A stretch of DNA of 63,352 nt, filler included, from Choristocarpus tenellus KU-1152 (Eukaryota > Protista > Phaeophyceae), in the NCBI GenBank assembly GCA_964200185.2. It is 12 parts of 12 records of this genome, joined end to end, with 100 filler letters (N's around TTAATTAATTAA, not from the genome) between each part and the next. Parts side by side here need not be neighbours in the genome. Positions count along the whole stretch, not along the records: positions 53,076 to 57,121 come from CAXNAD020016500.1; positions 57,222 to 60,529 come from CAXNAD020020895.1; positions 60,630 to 63,352 come from CAXNAD020025296.1; 9 more parts are not named here. One strand, 5' to 3'. A program made the translations under genes and the position numbers. Positions 53,478 to 63,352 of the stretch are shown piece after piece. Positions within the stretch are counted from its first letter, which is position 1. Each line of letters begins with the position of its first letter. The notes under the pieces were generated by a model that made no database searches, was not told the DNA's origin, and saw only the letters and a program-made list of their open reading frames with translations.

Positions 53478-53737
53478 GAGCTGAAGCATCTTAGAGGGTA
53501 GGGCCGCGTCTATTTGGGGGGCTAAAATCCAATGCTGTGATTTTGATGTAAATTTGGCTATCGCGTTTGTTAGGAAGTGTCAATATCCTTGTTCCGGATA
53601 CACCTTTTCATAACGTATACATTTTACCTACTCCAAAACGGTTTTGGAGTAGGAAAATGTCATAAAGAACCCATGGGAAGCCAAGCCCCAAATGGACAAA
53701 CAGGGCAAAACTCATACCCTCTAAGATACTTTCACTC
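53478..53737 (-). mobile_element. MITE family A copy 12
   Basis: Full length; 3-bp flanks act/act. Confidence 0.92.
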
Positions 53738-56700
53738 ACTGTGGTATTGTTTTCCAGCTATCTTGTGCCAAAGTTTAATAGGACATTCGTACACACCTTT
53801 AGCTTTCCTATTTTATGTTGAGGAATCATCACCTGCATGTCAACGATTGTATGATACTAGATATAATCAACGATGATCAGACAACATTTGGCTCGCCGTT
53901 TTGCATACACTTCTCGGACAACCTCGTCAAACACCTTTTTCAAAATTTGATGAATAATGTCAACTCCAAACGGCCCATCAAACAGACTCTGCCAAACACA
54001 CCATTTTAGGATATCCCAAAAATTAATGAAAAGTAAAAAAAAATGGTGCCACGACGACCTTTTTTTCAAACCCGCTTGAAAAGACCAGTCTCAAAAAAAG
54101 GGGATGAGGTCCGACCACGTTTTGGTCAACCTTTCTAAGCCATCCTTTTTCAACTTGTCTTCTAGGGGTGCTACAAGGAAAGGGTTTAGAAAGGTGCATG
54201 AGCAATAACCTTTTGGGACCCCTAGTCAAAATAACCATATTCCGAAAAGCTTTCCAAAAAAGAGGAGTCTGTCTACTTGTTGTGCATGAAAAAATAAGAC
54301 TAGAAATGGGTACCCTATTGTAGATGGTAGATGGGCACGTGCTGATATACACCTGGTTTGTTATCGGTACCAATACAAAGCCCGAGATTTTGATTGCACT
54401 TGGCACGGAGACGTTTTTGTTGTAATGGTGTTGTGAATCGTAGCCTTTGAATTGTCCCGATTCGATTAAATCGCATTTTAATTGAAACCGAAATTCTTGG
54501 GATCATTTACTCGTTTTTAACTTGAATTTCTGGATACTGGAGGGGAAAAGGGATACAGTACAGCAATACAAAACCACACAGACACAGGTGCTACGAGCAT
54601 TTTTGGACTGCATAATAATCCATGGGAGTGTGCGTAGGTACTTTTTGAAGATGGTGAGGGTGTGTCCCTGGAAGAGTATGCTACGTCAAGATCAATCGAT
54701 CTCGACGGTAAGAAAGGTGAATAGAGTGAGATGAAGAGGTAGACCAAGAGAAAGAGAAGGGTGTGAAGGAATGGGACGCAATTATGTCCCATGAGTCGGG
54801 GTCTGATATCTAGTGCTTCTTCAGTGTATACCGAAGTGGGAGAATGCTAAACCAACGTAGGTCTATATTCTTTATTATTTGTGTAAAGAAGGGCGACTTC
54901 TTAAGGCAGATTACAAATATATCATTACTTGATATAATACTCTTTTTCTGGATAATATTGGATGTGTAAGTAAATACTACAAAAAAATGTATAGAACGAA
55001 GAAGAATCAAAGAAAAGATGAAAGATATGCCGTCAAAACCTTTACACCTTATGAAGTTTGTAACCTTGCGTGTTGATGAACATATGGTCACTTGACCGCT
55101 TATACCTTCAGGCCTCTCAGTCGAGGGGTGTGACTGCTCACAATGATCAACAATCACTCAGGAGGCTATGCCCGTAAAGGCATGACCAAAGTCGTCGTAT
55201 CAAATGTGCGTTTCTTTGTACGAAGTGATAGGGATTGGGAGTCTCAAAGATGTTGCAACCTCTACATTATACCTGGGGAGAACTGCTGCGGATAGTGGTG
55301 GGGATTGCCCTGGCCTTAAAACGAAGGACTAACCCTAATCCTAATCCTTATATTTTATTCCTATGGAATTTATGGGCCGTGGATTCACCCACAAACACCC
55401 TGTCTCATTGTTGAGGATTGAGCTTGCTCAGAAAGTGCTGACTAGTCGACCTCATGGCTTTCTGGATCATGTTATACTGCCCAGGTTGTTTCGGCCATTG
55501 TCATTGTTTAGGTTTCCCTTAAGAGACGTTTTGGCACGTACAAGCATTTTTTTACGATTGAAAGATGACAAGCATCAATCTGTCTATCCCTTGAAGGCAT
55601 CTCGGTCGGAGTTCAGTCCCCGATGGGCGTGCCGGTTGTGGCCCACTCTTGATTGGGTCCACATCTTGCGGTATGCTGGCATGTAGACTTTATTTCAATA
55701 TAGAGTACTCAAATTTGTGCCTAGTTCATGATAGACCAATGCTGGACTGTTACAGTGGCAAAACTAGGTTGTTGCATGGATACATGAATAGAGGCAAGGA
55801 ACTGACAGAAATTGAAGTGATGGCTATCCTTCAAGAAAACGATAGTAACACCAGGATATTCTTTTTGTGCCTGGTAAGAAAATTTATCATGGAGAATATT
55901 TTCTTACATTTATGAGCATCTGAAGTACCCTCCCCCCCGCTGGCCCTCCTCTCATTTGTCTCCTCGTTGACCTTAATTTCGTACTCGAAGGGGTTGTAAT
56001 TCAGTAACGAAACAGAACTACCCACCCCTCTCTCAGCACATAACGTTCGGCACTCAATGAATACCTCAGACTACTTCATTCACACCACGCTTCATCTATA
56101 CTCAATGGCAGTAGTTGTACAACATGTTATTAGTACTGCTTGATGCTAGCTGTTGTACCTTCTTGATGTCACTCATTTCGACCTGTGCTCCCATGGCAGC
56201 AGCAAGAGTTATATCTATGGATAGTGTTCCCATCAGTTGCTGTGCTTGTTTGAATTGGTCCTTGGGGACTGGTCTATTTTTCACACCCTCTAACAACTTC
56301 AGGGCAGATACTGAGGGCGGAGCAATCAAGCGAAGGGTCAAGACGGATCGGTTACAGCAGTCAATATTTATGATATCTGCACTTCCGCCCCCCCAAATGA
56401 ATCCCTCACGCCTTCCCTAGGCCCCAATTGAAACCTGTCATAGATACCCTCCCCTGTCAACGTACGCAGCACTCATTCCAATACCCTCTAGGCCACCAAC
56501 TTAGACCTGCCATCTGTACCGTCCCCCTCATGTACCTTCTCATCCCCCCTCGACTCCTCAACCCCCACCTGTCACCTTTTCTTTCCAATCTTTCTCTCGC
56601 TTGGCAGTGGCAAAGTAAATTGAACTTGAACACGGATATTACAGCATCGTGGGATGATGTCTCAAACCCGGACCCACCCAAACTAGAGGTTTTGAATGAG

Positions 56701-56766
56701 ACCCCATTCACCCCGACGGTGTGTTATATTTGCTTTATGTTGGTCTTGGTTTGGGTGTACATCTGA

Positions 56767-56816
<50 letters not shown>

Positions 56817-57230
56817 GTGTGTGTGAGGGAGAGAGTGTGTGTAGTAACTCTATATTGACGATACTGTGAGTTGATATTTTCCATTTGTATTTTCTTGTGA
56901 ATACCATGGTCATTTCAACACTTTTGACAAGAGTTGTTGGCCTCCCCCTCCCCCACCCATACTTCTACTGTGTTTTTTGTTGTCTGAATAGGATGAGCGG
57001 TGTGCTATTTCCTTACAGTGTGCGTGGAGACAGCGCTTGGCTATCTTATATGCAAAGGAGCTTCAGCAGGTGTTTGCCACAGCAGTGTTTGCCACAGCAG
57101 GGGTTTTTGTGTTCAGGGGGGNNNNNNNNNNNNNNNNNNNNNNNNNNNNNNNNNNNNNNNNNNNNTTAATTAATTAANNNNNNNNNNNNNNNNNNNNNNN
57201 NNNNNNNNNNNNNNNNNNNNNGTTCCACAC

Positions 57231-58238
57231 CTCTCGGCGGTGATGACCAAGGTGCTGAGTCCCATGTCGTACTCGCCAGACACGACCCTGTCAAAGATAT
57301 CCAGGGAGGATTCGTTTGCTTCTATGTGATGCATCGAGTACGTGAAACCACGGTCCTCCGCCATCGCCTGATCAAAGTTTTCCCGGTACCAAGGAGGGCG
57401 TGTTTGTTTATTCTACGAGTGGGATAATCAATCATACTACTGCTGCCGTTCCATGATTTATTTTTTTTAATTTAGGGTTTGTTTTTTTAGAGAGTTTGAA
57501 AGTGAGGTGCAGACGAACAGAGCAACGGAATCCTCAACGGACTTCCAAAATGAAACGGAACATGCCTCTGCCGCAAGAAAAGAGAACCTACAACTCAATA
57601 GAGTCCGTACGGTCTCTCTGGGTTATATATTATAGGGCAATCTATCCGGAAATCCCAAGCTTGAGTCCAATTCGCATATCAGACTAATCAATCTCAGGGC
57701 TGTAGAGAGAGTTTCTACATTATTGTTAGTAGTAGTATTATCTGGAAGGCATATCTGCTGGACGGGAGTTCTAAATTAAAACACGCCTTCCCCCCCGCAT
57801 AGAAAATTCAGGAGTCATCCGTCCGCCCTCGCCCTCGTTCGAGAAAGCTTTTTAATAATAAAATATCAGAATCTAAGACAGTCTGTTCTTTCAAGCGCAC
57901 CATGAACTCGGTTAACAAACCAGACCTAACCCTAACCCTAACCTCACCAAGTACAATACACCAAAATCTACTGTGAACTCAGCAACAGCCGGACAGACAA
58001 CCAAACCAAACCGAATCAAGGACTTAGCCCTAGCCCTAACCCTAACCCTAGCCCCCAACCCTAACCCTAAACCATTCCACCGCACCACACGAAAGGATTG
58101 CACTTGTCTACCTCACTCAGTACTTGTCCTGCTCCTTCCCCAAGACATCTGCTCCGGAACACATTTTCAAAAAAGAGGTATACCCCCAAACTGCCAGCAC
58201 TTGGGTTTTTAAATAAAAGATAAAACCGCACGCATTCC

Positions 58239-58270
<32 letters not shown>

Positions 58271-58483
58271 CACAACCCACATTGAGGTAGTCGATGTTCA
58301 CCCCAGAGTAGACCGATCTCCCATTAGCTCCCGGGGAAATGAAAAGCATGGGCTCTTTGCCAGCCTGTGCCAGCACTTTGAGGTGAACACCCTCAAGCCT
58401 GGGGCGGTCTGACGGATACTGCGTTCCCTCCATCGGGTACACCTGCCCCACGAACTTGCTGACATCAACAAAGCCCTCCTCTC
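57231..58483 (-). CDS. Ionotropic glutamate receptor-like (periplasmic-binding-protein type II, S1) ligand-binding region; partial
   Basis: Exons 58483-58281 and 57367-57231: LEGVHLKVLAQAGKEPMLF...YSGVNIDYLN|AMAEDRGFTYSMH...VVSGEYDMGLSTLVITAER. This fits the iGluR S1 'Y.G..ID...LA...GF.Y...D.....ITxER' pattern. Possible upstream exons at about 58718-58632 and 59000-58941. Confidence 0.75.
57925..58070. repeat. Interstitial telomere-like (CCCTAA)n tracts
   Basis: cctaaccctaaccctaacc and gccctagccctaaccctaaccctagcc. Similar tracts at about 22504, 22770-22800 and 60189-60222. Confidence 0.75.
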
Positions 58484-58585
58484 CTGTAGTTTTCAAGAGG
58501 GAGCGTTTTGGTGAAATAGTGCAAAGTAAAAATGCAGGTGGTACATACGCCCATATTAGGGTATACCGCTTCTTGGCATCAGGGC

Positions 58586-58586
58586 A

Positions 58587-58631
<45 letters not shown>
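58586..58631. repeat. (CTA)n microsatellite
   Basis: About 14 CTA units. Other microsatellites: (TG)n 56765-56825, (CA)n 58243-58270, (AAT)n 59677-59712, (GAGT)n 20876-20902. Confidence 0.9.
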
Positions 58632-59211
58632 GTAGGTGTTGTCTTTGAGAAAGGAGGATAATTGACTCTGCCAGGATTCACACCTCCAACTCCACTCAAG
58701 AAAGCAAGCACGGTAGACCTTGCAGCAAAGACAGACAAGTAAAATGTCAAGACTCATAATAATAAAAATATTACCAACAATAATGAATAAGGAAAAATGA
58801 CGACAAATGAAGGCCCAGGGGGTATGGTATGGATGGGGTTCTGCAGGATCAAACTACCCCATGATTGCAATTTTAGTTTTTAACGTGATGCTCGTATGAA
58901 ACTTGAAAAAAAGAAGAAAAAAAAACACACACACACACACATTCGTATTTGCGTAGAGATTGCTGTTAAGATTTTGACTCATCGTACAAATCTCTTCATC
59001 TCTCCACCAAGAGAGAGAGGGGGGAGTGGGGGCACGACAGAGTGAGTAATGCTGCTTTACACACAGTAAACACCGATCAACTTTATACACCCAGCCTTGC
59101 CTTGCCTTGCCTAGCCTCTATATCTCATCTGTTCAAATGCACAAGAGGTTTTTGTTGTTATTTTTTCTACACAAAAAGAAAAAAATCGATAAATCATTTC
59201 CTTTGATTGGA

Positions 59212-59242
<31 letters not shown>

Positions 59243-59677
59243 GTTTAAGGTTAAGTTTAAGGTTATTACTATTATTATTATTATTGAACTATTTACTTGC
59301 GCTGCCCAAGATGAAAATCTTACTAAATTTGATGGTTACAGACCTATGTTAAGCCTCTCGTTGCCACAACTGGGTGGGCAGCCTTATCGTGCCCCTGCCC
59401 CTCCAACACAAAAAAAAATTCTCAACATGGAACATGCCAGACTGGGTGCAGCATGACAGAGGAACCCAAGGAAGTAGAGTATCGATCTCAGCGTGCTTGC
59501 TGAGATGTTATTGTGAACAATGTCATGGTATATGCTTCTTGTCACTAGAGCATCATCTCGTGTAGCACAATGAACTGTTAAGCCCACACGCCCTTGTGCA
59601 CATACACACCCCTTACCATACATGTCTCTCTGCATATGTAGTATTCTAAGTGACAAGCTGAACAAAATCGTACCAAC

Positions 59678-59715
<38 letters not shown>

Positions 59716-59871
59716 AAGTAGTACACAGGTTAGCTTCATATATGCTACATGAGGAACATGTACACTTATGTCCCTACCCGCTCACTTTCAAACTCCATAC
59801 CAACAGTTTCATTCTTATTTGAACGAAGAGAGCGAGAAGGTGAGTGAGTGAGAGAGAGAGAGAGAGAGTCG

Positions 59872-60140
59872 GAGCCAAATTATCTTAGAGGGTAGAGCCG
59901 CGTCCATTTGGGGGGAAAATACAATGTTGTAATCTTGTTGCAATTTTGGCCATCGTGTTTGTTAGGAAGTGTTGTCAACATCCTTATTCCAGACACACGT
60001 TTACATAACGTGTAAGTTTTACATACTCGGAAATACTTCGGAGTAGGAAAATGTTATTAAAAAAAAACAAGCCAAGCCAAGCCCCAAATGGACAAAAAAG
60101 GGCAAAACTCGTACCCTCTCTTAATAAGATACTTTCACTC
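59872..60140 (-). mobile_element. MITE family A copy 13
   Basis: Full length; flanks tcg/tca. Confidence 0.9.
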
Positions 60141-60688
60141 TCAGTAGATTCCAATTGGTCAATCAATATACAACAATCGTACCGATATAACCCCAACCCT
60201 AACCCCAACCCTAACCCTAACCAAACAGCTGGAATCGCCGTCTACCTACTACCTGTTTACAGACGAACCGACGTACAATAAATCAGTCACCAGAGGGATT
60301 CGCCTGCCAAATACAAATAAGCGCCCCTTCCCCCCCCTCCCCCCCTCCCCCGCCACTCCCTTCAGGGCCGTCCGTCCACCCGACGAGAGGGATGAACTCT
60401 TGGAAAAACCAAAAAGAGTGAAAAACAAAAAATCAAAAATAAGCAGAGCTCACGTTGAAATAAGCACCCCGACCGAAAAGGACACAGGAGGAGGGGGGTG
60501 GGGGGGGGGAGGGGGGGGAGGGAAAAAAANNNNNNNNNNNNNNNNNNNNNNNNNNNNNNNNNNNNNNNNNNNNTTAATTAATTAANNNNNNNNNNNNNNN
60601 NNNNNNNNNNNNNNNNNNNNNNNNNNNNNTATTTTTTTATTTTTTTTTTTTTTATTTTTGGTTTTTGGTTAGTAGAAAAAAGAAATGT

Positions 60689-60861
60689 GGGGGGGGGGGG
60701 GGGGGGGGGGGGTCTACACCAAAGTGTCCATTTGTACCAAAACCAGGAGAAGTGCACTTACAATATCCATCCGACGCATGCAACCAAATCACCCAAAATC
60801 GCGACATGAAAAAAGTAGTCCCAAATAGATAGCCGCCACCCCCCCCCAGATACTCTGAGCC
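60689..60861. mobile_element. MITE family B copy without the nested A insertion (left TIR not recognisable)
   Basis: Poly-G, then ggtctacacc...gcacttacaatatccatccgacgc...cccccagatactctgagcc. Aligns with 42548-42602 plus 42826-42920. Confidence 0.8.
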
Positions 60862-61029
60862 AAATTTCTAGTGTTGCATCGTGACAGTTCAACCGACCCA
60901 AGTTAAATTGCTTGGGAAATAGCTGAGATCACAACTTGTTCAGTCAGTGTGGAAGCGGAGTGCGACAAGGTCCAGCTCACAGTCACAATGCAGCTAAAGA
61001 AAGTAGATCATACAAAAATTGGCAAGAGA

Positions 61030-61900
61030 TGAAACCCATCGGGTTCAAGGAAGTCTTTTTACGATATGCATTATGTGGACACTTGCCAATGCGCCTATAT
61101 GTAACACCTCTGGGAGGAATGGCAACTTCTGGTAGCACTGAGGTTCAAATAAGGAACTACAGGTTGACCACAAACCTGAGGAACCACCTCCAGTACTCCA
61201 AGTGTATGCACAGGAGGTTTTTCAAGGGATCAGGATTAGGCACACAACAGCATATTGACAGGTGCATAAAAAAAAAGACAACTGATTGGGTTGCCCTTCA
61301 GTGCTGCTTCAAAGTGTTTGACTAGCAATTGCTCTCGGCAACGTGATATCAAATCCTATCCTTACACCTTCTTGTGACTCGTCCTTCTAATCATATCATC
61401 GCTACTATACTTGTGTGTGGAGGATGGCACCACAGTTCCTTTTCTTCGCCATGTGATGTCCTGTGTTACATTGGAGTTAATACCTTAACCCCTCACCTCC
61501 ACTCTCCTGACAAAGGGGCCTAATTGCCATGACGATAAGGAGATACATGAGGTGGCAAGAAGGCTTATCTTGCTGTGCGCAAGAGAAGTGATGGACGATC
61601 TTTCCAACTGCTGTGGTTATGGCACCAATATAGTGATTCACTCTTGAGGATTCACATAGGCAGCCCCAAGGGTTCAGGTGGAAACAGATGCTGGGACCTG
61701 TTGGAAACCTAGGACCAAACACCTTTATGACATTCTAATAGCAGAGTGTAGCACAGCTTTGAGTCATGTACAGCGGGAAGTAATTGGTATTCTGGAGGTA
61801 GAAAAATCATCACAGGATATGTACAAGCAGCTGGCGCAGTATATGACAAAACACACATTGCCCATGTGTAGGGGTCACAACCTCATCTGGTGAAGAGGCT
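61030..61900 (+). pseudogene. Possible degenerate hAT transposase fragment
   Basis: KEVFLRYALCGHLPMRLY and LYDILIAE...VIGILEV...MCRGHNL, weakly like the hAT CxxH motif. Many stops. Confidence 0.3.
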
Positions 61901-62232
61901 TAAGGGCTTCACAAGACCTTGCCTTGAACACAGTGTCGAGAGTTCAGATGCTGCTTGTAGAAGGATGGTGCAAGTCTTGATGAGAGGGATAGTTGGAGCG
62001 GTTAGCATGAGTGTAAGTTACCTTGTTCGAGATGGCAACTTGTCTTGATGTGGGTGAATAATGAGAAATGTGACTTCAATGACCCACTTCAGTGATTGCA
62101 AGAAAGGATTTCATCCTTTCCACAGTTTGTGTGAAGTTTGTACAACATGTTTTGAGGATTCCTGTTTTTCAGGCAGACACGGGGTAATGCTTCTTGTCGT
62201 CTGGGGATATTGCAACAGTCAAAAGAAATACG

Positions 62233-62499
62233 GAGCCAAAACCAATTGAGAGGTTGGCAGATTAGGATCCTTTTGCATTCTTCACCATCTTTCTTCAAGT
62301 GCCCTGCGCCATACACTCTATTTAATTTCTTTATGTGCACAACAGTGTACACCAAATTGATACTCTCTCTTTCCACACACAAAGTAAGACCGCAATTCTC
62401 CAAAACCTCTTTCTACAATTGGATAAAATGGCATCTTTATGCCCTTTCTCGGGACCCCTTACAATGCAACCCTTCCTTTCCTCTCGGTTTGTTTGACTC
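62233..62499. mobile_element. MITE family D copy 2
   Basis: gagccaaaaccaattgagaggttggcag ... cctctcggtttgtttgactc; the body aligns with 47185-47438. Confidence 0.78.
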
Positions 62500-62740
62500 A
62501 AACTGGACCCTGGCAATGGTAGCTCCTCGTCTTTCTGTATAACATCTTATTTAAAGAAAGGTGGATATATGGGAGGATGTCACGAATGCCAAGAGGGCAG
62601 TTGCCAGCTGAAGACTGTAGAAATCTAGTCACAGCAGCAGTAGTTGCTATTTTCTCTAAAATGGGGAATTTATAGCGTGGTGACTTAGCGTTTTAGAAGT
62701 ATACAGTTGTATCATTAATCAATATTTATTTTTTTGTTTT

Positions 62741-62982
62741 GAACCAAAAAAAATCGGAGGTTGGCAAGTTTGGACCCTTTTCCGTTCTAAGCCATATTTC
62801 TTACCCTGTGCAATAGTGCACACTCATCATTTCATTTATTTACGTCCATAATAGTCTACGCAAAATAGATATTCCCTCCTTGCACACAGAATGTGACACC
62901 AAAATAAAGCAAAGGGCATCTTTCTGCCCTTTCTCGGGATTCTTAAAAGGCAACCCTGCCTAACTCTCAGTTGGTTCGACTC
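62741..62982. mobile_element. MITE family D copy 3 (diverged)
   Basis: gaaccaaaa...ggaggttggcaag ... caaccctgcctaactctcagttggttcgactc. Confidence 0.7.
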
Positions 62983-63352
62983 TCTATTGTATTGTACTGT
63001 GCGTAAAGTTAAAAGCAATACATATGCGTTGATGGCATAGTGCTCTTCTACCTGTACCGATAACAAATGTATGTAGCGTTACTATGTATAACAACCGTAG
63101 TAGTAGCATAATGAATCAAAGTCGTCCCTAACGTCCTACAACAACAGTGTTAATGGTGGAAGAGAAAATTCTTTATATGTAATTATTACAACAAGAGGTG
63201 TTACATCATCAACAGAAGGAAGAACAGTTAGGTACTTTGTAGCAATGCACAGATAGTTATTAGTAAAATATTTCCTTACGTGAATCGTGTGATTCTGTGG
63301 CGGCGTGGTTCACTCAGGCAAGGGTGGCGAAGAGAATCACCGGGCAAGACGG

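Noticed and set aside
57925-60222. True telomere or chromosome end
   Set aside because: The CCCTAA tracts are short, degenerate and internal to contigs.
15355-60529. Functional gene cluster (MFS, PPR, PIS, GLR)
   Set aside because: Each gene is on a separate contig; their adjacency is an artefact of concatenation.

Overview
This is eukaryotic DNA, not prokaryotic. The window is 12 short contigs joined by 11 artificial 100-bp spacers (N44-TTAATTAATTAA-N44), so no synteny can be inferred across spacers. Contigs: 1-3676, 3777-9558, 9659-15254, 15355-22007, 22108-24808, 24909-29901, 30002-42950, 43051-48026, 48127-52975, 53076-57121, 57222-60529, 60630-63352. Genes are intron-rich (GT-AG). Microsatellites and interstitial TTAGGG-like tracts suggest a brown alga or related stramenopile; this taxon call is inference. 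Most of the supplied ORF track is spurious. Spliced host genes I reconstructed by hand: an SV2/SVOP-like MFS transporter, a PPR protein, a large coiled-coil protein with a PPC-like beta domain, an 81-aa 11-mer-repeat amphipathic protein absent from the ORF track, phosphatidylinositol synthase, a glutamate-receptor-like ligand-binding region, and a G/Y/Q/P prion-like terminal exon. The main non-genic signal is a linked set of DNA transposons. It includes an intron-containing Sola2-like transposase pseudogene with a nearby ~90-bp hairpin array. It also includes four non-autonomous MITE families: A (13 copies), B, C and D. A, B and D have related GAG/GG termini. TSDs are 3-4 bp for A and 4 bp for C, and one A copy is nested in a B copy. 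IS630-Tc1-mariner, hAT, Stowaway-like and probable copia remnants are also present. CpG-to-TpG/CpA decay among repeat copies suggests cytosine methylation.
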